64,000 bases of DNA from Antedon mediterranea (Eukaryota > Animalia > Echinodermata), in contig NC_092671.1 of assembly GCF_964355755.1 (NCBI RefSeq), forward strand, positions 20,894,001 through 20,958,000, read 5' to 3'. The notes under the pieces are model-generated. The model saw nothing but the letters and a program-made list of their open reading frames with translations, searched no databases and was not told the origin of the DNA. A program made the position numbers and the translations under genes. Every line of letters starts with the position of its first letter. The first letter of the stretch is position 1. This document shows positions 12,708-24,700 of the stretch, piece after piece.

Positions 12708-15700
12708 TAGTCCGGTGGCAGGAGGGGGGAATCACCACCCGAAAGGGGACAAATTGCCATCCAACTTTTCTAGACCAGAATTTTCCGTAGATTACGAATA
12801 TGGAAGGTAATCGATCAGGATAGGAAGCGTTTTCGAGATATAAGGGGTCAAAGTTCAAAATTGACCAATTACAACAATGTATTATGTATATGTATTATAA
12901 CAAATTTATTGAAGCACAATTTGGTCTTTTATTACATTTTTATGATTATAAGTGTCTATTCAATCACCTTATGAAAAAAAAATCCTTTGTAATTAAGGGT
13001 CAAATGTCAATATTACGTACCTATAAAACCAAATAAAAACTTATATTTAATAAAAATTGGATGTTTTCTCATCCTGTTAATCAATCATACGCAATGTAAA
13101 AGAGCGAATACATCATTTCATCAGTTGACATAAGGTTAATTTCATCAGTTGACATAAGGTCAAAGGTCAACATTTTAATACACGTATAGTTAACAAATAA
13201 ATGCAAAGTTGTCCAAACTATGATATTGATGGTTTTACAAGTAATCAAATTATTTGATTAGTAAAGTTACGTTATTTCATTATAATTTTGATTAATATAA
13301 TTATAATACTGTATTTAATCAAATCATACTTTGATCAGGATAGGAAGCCAATAGGAAGAGATAAGGGGTCAAAGTTCAAAATTGACCAATTATAACAATG
13401 TATTATATACATAGTCATATGTATTATAACCAATTTATTGAAGTTCAATTTGGTCTTTTAATACATTTGTATGGTTATAGGTATCTATTCAGTCGCCTTA
13501 TAAAACAAATACTTTTCAATTAAAGGTCAAATGTCAATATTGACCAATCACACAATTTGCATATAAACCCAAATAAAAACTAACATTTAAGACAAAATGT
13601 TATGTTTTATCATTCTGTTAAGACATCTATCAATCATACACAATCAAAAGAGCACATTTATCATTACACAAGTTGACATAGGTCAAAGGTCAACATTTGA
13701 ACAAGTGATATACTAAATAATGCAAAGTTATTCAAACTATGAGATTGATGTTCATAAATGTAATCACGTTATTTGATCAGTGAAGTTATGGTATTTTTAT
13801 ATTTTTTCTAGTGCGCATTATTTTAAATGTATTAATATAATATAATACTGTAAAATAAATAATAAAATTAATTAATATTATTAATATTATGACGGTTAAA
13901 ATATTATGATGTTAAAATGTTACGCTGACCTTCAATGATTTGAACCAAATCGTACAGGATAGGGCATAGGCAGATCCAGGTGGCCAAACTCAATCCACAA
14001 CTCACTACACAGACAGACCACAATTTTTATATAGCCACAGATTTAGCCCATACAGGAAAGATTTTCCTGTACACAAAAGATTCTAAAATAACCTATATGG
14101 ATTTGACCGAATGAACCCTCTAAGGACCCTTTTGGGATCTCTATGTGGTGTGCTACATAAGGCCCTGTATTAGAAATTAATATGGGGTAAATAGTTCATA
14201 GATGAACTATGGAATAAAACTAAAATGTTCACCCTCAATCTTTAAATAACATTTATGGATTTGCCCAAATGAACCCAAGGGTCGATCCTTCATGGACCTT
14301 TCGGGGTTCTCTATGCGGGTCTACAAAAGACCCTATTTTAGAAATACTGTATGTGGGGTGAAAATGTGGGTTCATAGAGATATAATAAATCCCTCGATCA
14401 TCCATAAGGAACATTTTATGGATTTGACTAAATTAACCTAAGGGCCGGTCGATCTCCATGGATGGACATTAAGCCCCATAATGGAAATATAAGGGGATGA
14501 CACTGTGAGTTCATATAGACAGGTGCGGCCCATGGAATATAGCTGCCCGTCTGTACACTCTCGATCCTTAAGGAACACTTATGGATTTGCCAAAATTAAC
14601 CCCCCCCCCCCCCACAGGCCGGTCCTCCATGGATGGACATTAAGCCCCATAATGGAAATATAAGGGGTGACAATGTGGGTTTATATAGACAGGCACATGG
14701 AATAAAGCTGCCTGTGCACTCTCGATCCTTAAGGAACCGATTTGGATTTTGCCTAAAACAGCAGCAGGTCATCTATTTAGACCCTTCTCTACTGTATGTT
14801 CAGTGCTACATTTGGCCCCTGTATCGGATCAATGCATTTGGCTACATAAGTTACTGTGTTAGAAATATATCGGGTAACTAAAACTGTAGGTTCCAATATT
14901 AAGCCATGGGAAAAGCCTGTCTGTGCAACCTCAATCCTTTTAAAAGGAACCCATATGGATTTTCCAAAATGAACCAAGGGTAACTTCTGAATTCTCTATG
15001 AGCTGTACATTCCGTTTATTGGAGATACATGGATACCTGATTGAACCTTATGTACAGGATTTCAAAGCAATAATCACACTTGTATTTTTCAAGCAGTATA
15101 ATCTATTAGATTGAATAAAAATATCTATTATAAACAATTTGCCATTAGAAATCTCTATGCCATGTCGTTATTTAGATGAGAAAAAACAGGTCAAAGGTTA
15201 AAATTACATAAAAATAGTGTTTCAGTCACTTTTTGAAAAAAATGTTGCATTATGGCAAGTATAAACATATATATTGTGAACAATTTGATACCAAAATTGG
15301 CTCCTTACGACAAATATTTATTAATTTATGTTTTTATAACCTTATTCAATTATGTCAAAGGTTAATAACCACACTTCCGGTCATTTTCAAGCAATATCAT
15401 CTGTTACACTGAATATAAATGTATATCTTGGAAACAATTTGCTCCTATTTTTAATTCTCTCCGACCTGCCGTTACTTAGATATAGCAAAAAGAGGTCAAA
15501 GGTCAAAATTGCTAAAAATGGGGTTTCCGGTCAATTTTACAAAGAAAGTTCTGTTAGAGGTAATATAAACATATACATTGTGAACAATTTGACACCAAAA
15601 TTATCTCACTAGGTCCAGAATTTCCAGAGATATAGCATGTTTTTATATTGGTCGATTTTGAACTTTGACCGCTTATATCTCGAAAACGCTTCCTATCCTG

Positions 15701-15809
15701 ATCGATTACCTTCCATATTCGTAATCTACGGAAAATTCTGGTCCAGAAAAGTTGGATGGCAATTTGTCCCCTTTCGGGTGGTGATATCCCCCCTCCTGCC
15801 ACCGGACTA
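12708..15809. mobile_element. Non-autonomous Academ-like DNA transposon
   Basis: ~160 bp TIRs starting TAGTCCGGTGGCAGGAGGGG, with 3-bp TSD ATG on both sides. Internal ~520 bp direct duplication (~12813-13860) and diverged ~120 bp repeats (~14090-14980). No transposase ORF. Confidence 0.8.
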
Positions 15810-17212
15810 ATGATCTTGAATTTCATGCGTTGATGTAAATATTGACCTCTTTTTCTCAATCGTCACTATTGTCATCTATTACCCACCTACCTGTAATCGG
15901 AATGAACAGCTTACAGAGTTCTTGTGCTCAAGAATTGAATATTTTCGTAGAGTAAGGGAAAATGCTGTTTTCATTATTATGGGTGACTTTAATGACTACG
16001 ATATTGACCCCTTAATTTATCAGACATCATTAGAAGTATTAGAATTTCCCCTTTGCGATGATGCATGTCTTGATAAAATTCTAACAAACATCTCTGATCT
16101 TTACCAATCCCCTTTGAAACTCTCCCCCCTCCCCCCCATGGGTCGCAGTGACCATGCCTCCATTCTTTTAAAACCTAATTTTATTCAAAAGAAACCGGTA
16201 AAGAGAAAGACTCGTCCATGCGTGCATTTGGCCAAGTTATTTCAGGGATTGACTGGGATGATATGGTTCATGAGGACGACAATTCTGAATATTTAGCTGC
16301 CAAATTTGAAGGTGTGCTTAAGGAAACCTACGAAAAGTCAGAGATAATGATAAACCTTTGTTTAATCAAAGTATTAAAAAAAGTATTGAGAAAAGACACT
16401 GTGTTTATCGAAAGGGTAACCAATCACGATACCGTCATTTTAGAAGGCTTGTTCGTTTTGAAGTAAAATTGAAAAATCAAATTTCTAAAATATAATCCAT
16501 ATCTTCTCTTAGGAAAATTGAGCCCCAGAAATGGCACAAGAAAGTACAGAGGATTCCTGGAAAATCAAAACCGCAATCTGTACTTCTTGAACCTGGCTGT
16601 AAACCTGATTGTTGTTGTAAATGTTGTCAACAAACATTTTGCTAGGATTTGTTCTTTTTTACCTGCATTATATTTGCAAAATTTACCTGCCTTTCTTTTA
16701 AGCCCCCTGTTATTTTTCCTTGGCAAGTTTTAAAAATATTAAAGGGCGTTAATGTGAATAAATCAAGGCATCCTCGTGATATACCTCTCGGATTAATTAA
16801 GGAATTTGCCTTAGAGCTTGCCCAACCTCTCACTAAAAAATTGAATTGTTGCCTCAAGATAAGAATAATAATTTCCCATCTATCTGGAATAATGCCATCA
16901 TTACTCCTGTACCCAAAAAGCCAAAGGTCCTTCTACAGCTGATGAACATAGGCCAATATAATCCATCATGCCTGTTTTTGAGGATTTTTGAGAGCTTCCT
17001 TTCTGATTGGATATAGCTACTGATTTTAGACCTCTTATGGATTCTCAACAGTTTGGAAATTCGAAAGGTTCATCACCGACACATTACCTTGTACAACTAT
17101 AATAGGCTTTTGTCAGGATTAGATAGCTCAGGAATGTATAGTAATATATGTGCCATAGACTTTAGTAAAGCCTTTGACCAGGTCAACCATTCAATTTTGA
17201 TTGACAAATTAA
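15810..17212 (+). pseudogene. Degenerate LINE (CR1/L2 group) ORF2: APE endonuclease and N-terminal RT
   Basis: Frameshifted ORFs contain IMGDFN, CLDKILTN, GRSDHASI, HPRDIPLGLIKEFALELAQPL and CAIDFSKAFDQVNH. These are homologous to the ORF at 50551. Confidence 0.9.
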
Positions 17213-18749
17213 GAGCCATTGTCTGTAAAAATCAAAGATTTCATGGTGACAGATGTAAAAAAATGGATTTCTCTCAAATTTTTACCATGAATAGACATTT
17301 CAATAAAAAGAATATCTACAACATTCATTTTAAATTTTAGCCTTCGTTGCCATGACATGGTCAATTATCCAAATTTTGATGTTTTTGCCATTTTTCACAG
17401 ATTTTCTACAGTGAAAAAGTACAAACTTTGTATACTTATTTTAACCAAAAATACTTACAGTATACAGTTTTTGTTTATAGCAGTGTAAACAACATGTATT
17501 GAGTTCCATTTAATGTTGAAAAAAAATAATTACAAAATGGAGTTTGGTTGATACCATTATTTTAAAAAGGGGTGTTTTTAAAAAATATATTTTTTTTTAA
17601 GTATACCTCATAAACGTACCTTTAACTTCCAAAGTGGTGTTTTTAAATCAATAAGGTTTTTTAATTTGATAGTCAATAGGTTTGTCAACAATAATCACGA
17701 AAAAAACACTGGGGTAAATTTCGTACATGTAGGTTTTGTGTTGCCAGGAAAATACGAAAAATACAAAAAAATACAAACAAAATATCAACAAACAAAACAC
17801 ATGAAACACAATTTAAATATGGCTAATCCAATAATAAAATGTGTGGCTTGTCATAATGCTACTAGAGTCATACGAATAGTTTAGATGAAATAGGAGAATG
17901 TGTTGCCAGGTTTATTTCAATTAATTGCCAGAAAAACAGTATTTTGCATTGAAATATTTAGTTGATGGAAAATAATGTTAAACTTTGAAATAATTGCGTC
18001 AATGGTTTTTATAAATTTTTAAATCTATTTTGTGTAAAGAGATACAGAAAGACCTCCCAAAAAATCTGACCTTGTAAATAGGTCATTTGAGGTCAAAGGG
18101 GTCAGAATGCAAAACAGGACAGGTCCCCACTTTACTACAACTATTAATGTTTGATCAAAATTTACAAGATAGTTCATACAAATTCTCAACAATTTTAATT
18201 TTTTACCTATAGTGTTACCTTAGCAACCATTTCTATGTGTAACTAAGGAAAATAATTTTTTTTTTAAACGTAAAAAATAGCGTTTTTATAAATACAAAGA
18301 ATTGACTGCATTTGTAATTTCTCAATTTTACTTCTACTGCATTCTATTAAACAAACTTGACCTTGTAAATTCATTCATTTTGAGGTCAAATGAGGTCAAC
18401 ATTTTACCATAGTAACTGTTTCTATGCGAAAATATTTAAAAAATAAGGGGTTTTTCATAATACAAAACATTTTTTCTACATAGTTTTACATTTCTACTTT
18501 TTGCCAAATTTACTTTAAATACTGAATCTTAATAATCTCAGAAAGAAAGTCTTGAGAAATCTGAATAAAGGTAAAAAATTGACCTTTAGTGTTATCTTAA
18601 ACCTGTTTACGTAACTAAGGATATTTTTTTAAAAATAAAATATGGAGTTTTCATGAAAAAAAAAATTTTACATATTGAGGTCAAATGACAATCATTTTAC
18701 CTATAGTGTATTGTAGCAACTGTTTCTATACGTAACTAAGTACAATATT
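17213..18749. mobile_element. Probable DNA transposon fragment (TTAA|GAG left end, Sola3-like)
   Basis: Interrupts the LINE exactly after TTAA and begins GAGCC. AT-rich with repeated GAGGTCAAA/TTGACCT. No right TIR found. Confidence 0.3.
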
Positions 18750-19392
18750 TTTAGTCGCGTGGAAGCGACTCTATAGTTCACTATGTCGGTCGGTCGGTCT
18801 GTCGGTCCGGTATCACTATGCGTTTTATCGCTTTCTGACCTTATCTTGATATCAGTTTAATCTAGCTAAGTCAATTTTTCACAGTATATTCCTTATGGCC
18901 AGGAATCGATGTGGTTATGTTTTCACGGTGCGCAATAAAAAATTACGCGGTCTACGCACGATTTAACAAAATCACGTTTGTAATCATATCTTCACAACCA
19001 TGAATCACAATTAAATAAAATTTGGTACTCATAAATTTCAGGGCATAAATCATCATATGGCAATACAATTACGTGCGTAGCGCATGTAACGCATGCGTAC
19101 ACGCGCTTAAAATTTTCAAAATTTATTTTCGATGAAATAAGAGTACGTTTCAGGCAATTTTAAGCGTTTACAAAATTGCCATGAGTCACAAAGCCACAAA
19201 GTTACGCGCGCATGCGCATTTAACATTTTAAAATGCGCAAAATTCATTTTTAATCAACTTTCTACGCGTTTCTTGTCATTTTGAGCATGTCAAAAATTCC
19301 CATACGCGCGCAAATTTTTACGCGTGTGGTGCGCAATTTATGTTTTTGCAGCCTTTTCTAATAATTTAACCATATTTTAAACAATTTCGACT
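18749..19392 (+). mobile_element. Helentron-like family C 5' part joined to an A-type body fragment
   Basis: TTTTAGTCGCgtggaaGCGACT hairpin head followed by a (GTCG)n microsatellite, as in DINE-1. From ~19195 the sequence matches the A body. Confidence 0.7.
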
Positions 19393-20490
19393 TGGTATAC
19401 CACAGGGCTCAATTTTAGGTCCTCTTGTTTATTATTCATGTTAACTCCCTACCAGATATTATGCCATGCAAATGTGTTATGTATGCAGATGAAACCACTA
19501 TACTTTGTAATTCTTCTGACCCAGTCACTCTTCAATATGAGCTAAATGCCTATTTAAATACAATTGCTAATTGGTTTAAAACTAAACTAACATTGAACAT
19601 CAAAAAGACAAAACTTGTGATTTTTGGGACAAACAACATTCTTCCTAAATTTAAAGATATTTCAATATCTTATAATGGAGATATTATTTAATGAGTTGAC
19701 TCTTTTAAATATCTTGGGGTCACATTTGATCCGCAATTAAATTGGAATGATCACATAAGCAAGGTATCCTCAAATGTTTCAAAACGTATTGGTGTCATCC
19801 GGCGTGTAAAATGTTTTCTTCCTTCATATACGCTTAAAATGTTAGCTAACGCTCTTGTTTTTCCCCTTTTTTATTATTGTTGTTGTGTATGGTCTAATTG
19901 TAATGTTCAAAATACTAATTGTTTACAAGTACTCATGAATAGATTAGGTAGAATTTTGCTTTCTGTTGATATTAAGACCTCAATTGATTTTATTTTAAAT
20001 AACCTTGGCTGGAACAGACTAAATGTACTCTGGAATGAAAAATTATTATTAATGACTTTCAAGTGTTTAAAGGGGTGTGCTCCTCCATATTTGACCTCAA
20101 AATTGACTTTAATAACACTACCCATTCTAAAGGCACACGAAGTCAAAGCCATAACAATTTAGTTGTCCCCACCTGGAACATTTGTCAAGGCAAAAAAACC
20201 TTTACTTATCGTTCATCTAAAAGCTGGAATGAACTTCCCAATGAATTAAAAATTAACTTTAAAGATTTTTCAATAACTTCATTTCAAAATACAATTAGTA
20301 CTCAACATTTTTAACTGAATTTTTTGTTTTCTAAAATTGATTGCTATTTTTAATGTATATTTCAATTACTCTTTGTCTTTATTTTATTATGTTTGTTATA
20401 TTTTCAATTACTGTACCACTTTGAAAATCAGTGCACTAGTACTGAAAGTGCCTGCAGAATAAAGAAAGAATAAATAAATAAATAAATAAA
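19393..20490 (+). pseudogene. 5'-truncated degenerate LINE (L2/CR1 group): RT C-terminal half and 3' UTR
   Basis: GIPQGSILGPLLF, MYADETT, LNIKKTK, FKYLGV and TFTYRSSKSWNELP across frameshifts; ends in an (AATA)n tail. Confidence 0.88.
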
Positions 20491-21120
20491 GAAATCAGTG
20501 TGTGCGGTTGGATGGTTGAGTCTCAGTGCCAGAACCAATTTCGTGCGGAGTGCCTTAGGGTACTAAATTAGGCCCAATTCTAAAAGACTTGCTGCCTCAA
20601 CAATTCCAAGTGTTATTGGACTCTTAAATAATGAATACATTTGGACAATTAATCTTTAAAGACATTTCGGAGAGTATGTTCTATTGTTTCTTTGTCAATT
20701 GATTGTATTATGCTTTAATTTTTTTTATCTATTTATTAGCCTATAAAAGTTTCTATTTTTTAAATTTGTAAATATATAAGAATTTGTACTTATTAATATC
20801 ATCCTTTGAACTTTGTGCAATTTTTATAGTAATTTTTAGTTGTAATGAATTATACAAACATATTATTGGCCTATAAAAATAACGTGATTTTAAGTCTCTA
20901 TTTTTTTAATTTGTAAATATTTAAGAATTTGTAATAATTAATCTCATCTTTTGATCTTTGTGCAATTTTTATAGTAATTTTATTATTACTGTATCATAGT
21001 TTTTTCTTCGTTTACCTCTGTTTTATATAAATTATCATTTTCTTATGTAAGCTCTTCATTTCAACTATGAGTTGTATTTCGAGTCTTTTTATACCAATTA
21101 AATAAATAAATAAATAAAAA
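20490..21120 (+). pseudogene. Internally deleted LINE 3' remnant, likely the continuation of 15810-17212
   Basis: QCVRLDG*VSVPEPISCGVP*GTKLGPIL, then KRLAASTIPSVIGLLNNEY (compare RFRSSPVPFLVRLINDEY in the 50551 ORF); (AAAT)n tail. Confidence 0.7.
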
Positions 21121-21718
21121 ACAATATACAATATTACAACACTACAACATGGCCATCCATGGCACGATAAATATTACTAAACAAAAGGTTGTGTATCGTG
21201 ATTGGTTACACTCTAATAAATGAATCACAGACTAGACACATACAGTTCCGCTCATCTTTCTACTAACAACCTTGGCTTAACGGTACCCATTAGCGAGCAC
21301 TGGAGAAAATCTTTATTCAATGCTGACGACGGACGATAGACATTCAGCACCCGTCCAAAACAACCAAATACTAACAACCAGACAGACAGCTGTTGCAAAG
21401 GCTATCTACATACAGGAGTGGAGTGTAATCTCAACAGAGAAGGCCACTCTTTAATATCAGATAACTAATAAACGGATTCCACAACCGTACCACTCTACGA
21501 CTACCACTTTAAGAATACCATTGTAAAGACATTTCCTCTAAATATTGTAAATTAAGAAATAAGATACAAAGAGATAATTGTACAAAAACAGCTTTTTCGA
21601 TTATCTTAGATATTACTGTATTGTATTGTATGCCTATTGTATTACACATACAAAAGGCCATTAATTAGGTGATCATTTAGAATAAAATGATCACCTATTG
21701 TTATTGTATGAAATCTTA

Positions 21719-24700
21719 TTAGTTATCCGCTTTCACGGATAACTCCTTGTAACTGTCCTGTTTCATCATCTTTTTAGTTATCCGCTTAGTAGCGGATAAC
21801 TCCTTGTGATTGTAGTGGATCAATATTTTTTTTTTTTTTTTCTGTATTATTAGTTATCCGCTTAGTAGCGGATAACTCCTTGTAATCGTCCTGTTTCAAT
21901 TTTATTAGTTATCCGCACATGGCAGTGTGCGGATAACTCCTTGTTATTGTATGGGATCTTTTTTTTTTTCTTTTTCTGTATTATTAGTTATCCGCTTAGT
22001 AGCGGATAACTCCTTGTAATCGTCCTGTTTCAATTTTATATTATTCTTCTGTCTTTCTCCCTCACTTTTTGTGCAGAGCGTATCTCTAAAATGGGTAAAC
22101 ATAACATTTCATAAATTTGTCAACATATGGGCATTTACGTGAAGTTGTGCACCTCCTATTTTTGAATGACGTCAGAGTTGCGCAACATGACTTACGCGCG
22201 ATTTTATGATTTTTTATGATTGCTCATAGACTAAAAACCAAGCATAATTTTGTTTTGACACTTTGTGAAATTTTAAGTCATATCAAGCGCAAACTTTTTG
22301 TGGATTAAAAATGGCATGTTTTACAAGAAGTTACGCGCGCACGCGCATTTAAAATTTCAAAATGCGCAAAATTAATTTATAATCAACTTTCTACGCGTTT
22401 CATGTTGTTTTAAGCATGTAAAAAATTCCCACGCGTGCGCAACTTTTTACGTGTGCGGTTGGCACGTAGCATTAAAAACATGTTTTTTTCGAGTGATTTA
22501 TGTTTTTCCAGCCTTTTATAGTAATTTTACCAACTTTTAAACACTTTCGACTTACAGTTACGTCATACGAGCACGTCGAATTGGACAATTTGCGCACGTT
22601 TTTGATGAAAAAGTACAAAAATTTGTCAAAATTTTGCCTTTTTTTAAACAGTCGTAATTTCTAAACTACACGGTCAACTTTTTGTGGATGACATATTCCG
22701 GAAGTTGATGAGTTGTAGATATCGGATCATGTATTAATATGGCTAACCGGACATTTTAACGTCATCGTATGGCCACGCGAATATAAAATTGAGGATTTTT
22801 GTATCTTTCGTCATAGCTCATCACATTTAATAGAGCGCATGTCCACTTATCCATTTTCCATTTTCAACCCGATTTTGATATTGTCTAGGTCAATCAACTA
22901 TCTTTCGCATGAGTTAAAAATATTTTAATGATTATGACGTCATCATGCCTAAAAATTTAAATTACATGTGGCATTAATTTCATCTTTACAGAACATTTTA
23001 ATCTGTTATAGCTCGTAAGAATAAAATGTGATAATCACGATTAAAACGTTTTCTGGAAGCTATTGGATTGTAGATACAAAATCATGTAACAATTTGGCAA
23101 ATCGGATGTTGTGACGTCATCATATGGCCAGTTAAATAAAAAAAGTCGTATTTTCATATTTTGCGTCATAGTTCATTACATTTAAAAGAGCGCGCATTAA
23201 TATTTTACGTATTAAAATTTCTTCTACACGTTAATATGTTGTTGCTGAGATAATTTCCTTCCGAAATTGCTATATCAGTGTTTCATTTTCATACCGTCAC
23301 CATGTTAAAAAATGGAATAAATGACGGGACCCGTAATTTCGCCTATCCTACACTGTATTAATATGTATACAGATTATACTATGTATACTGTAAATAGTAT
23401 ATGACACAAAATATACAGCATTTAGCACTAACAACATATTATACTCTTCAGTTCATGTCAATATGCCATAATCTTTTTCTGTGTCCACGTGCACGTGGCG
23501 TTTGTCGTGCGGATAACTAACTCGTCAAAGTGACGAGTTTCATGTCTAGTTCTTCTGTCTTTCTTCCTTTTTTTGTGAGCCCTGTTTCTCTAAAATGTGT
23601 AAACAGAACATATCATAACTTTGTCAACATATAGATATTTACGTGAAGTTGTGCACCTCCTATTTTTGAAAAACGTCACAGTTGCGCAACGTGACTTGCG
23701 CGCAATTTTATGAATTTAAATGATTGATCATAGATTAAAAACCGAAAGTCATTTTGTATTGAGACTTGGTGAAAATTTAATTCATATCAAGAGTCAACTT
23801 TCTGTGGATTAAAAATGGCATGTTTCACACAAAGTTACGCGCGCACGCACATTTAAAATTTTAAAATGCGAAAAATCAATTTCTAATCAACTTTCTACGC
23901 GTTTCTTGTCATTTTGAGCATGTCAAAAATTCCCACACGTGCGCAAATTTTTACGCGCGAGGGGCGCATGTAGCGTTAAAAACATACTTTTTTCGTGTGA
24001 TTTATGTTTTTCCAGCCTTTTCTAGTAATTTTACCAACTTTTAAACAATTTCGACTTAAAATTACGTCATACGAGCACGTCGAATTGGATAATTTGCGCG
24101 CGTATTTCATCAAAAAGCTAAAAAAATCGTCAAAATTATGCATTTTTTTAAACAGTCGTAGTTTCTAAACTAAACGGTGAAAGTTATTTTTATTACATAT
24201 TCTGGAAGTTGATGAGTTGTAGATATCAAATCATACATTAATATGGCTAACAGGACATTGTGACGTCATCGTATGGCCACGCGAATATAAAATATAGGAT
24301 TTTTGTCTCTTTCGTTATTGCTCATCACATTCAATGGAGCGCATCACGCTTATCCGTATTCCATTTTCTCCGAGATTTTAATATTGTCTTGGTCAATCAA
24401 CTACCTTTCACATGAGTTAAAAATATTTTAATTTTTGTAACGTCATCATGCCTAAAAATTTTAATTACGTGGGTCATTAATTTCATCTTTACAGTAAATT
24501 TTAATCTGTTATCGCTCGTAAGAATAAAATGGGATAATCACGATTAAAATGTTTTCTGGAAGCTATTGGATTGTAGATACGAAATCATGTAAACATTTTG
24601 CCAATCGGATGTTGTGACATCATCATATGGCCAGTTAAATAAAAAAAGTCGTATTTTCATCTTTTGCGTCATAGTTCATTACATTTAAAAGAGCGCGCAT

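Noticed and set aside
21719-22040. CRISPR array
   Set aside because: Eukaryotic context with no cas genes. The spacers recur elsewhere as element 5' sequences, and each repeat has a matching 3' end downstream.
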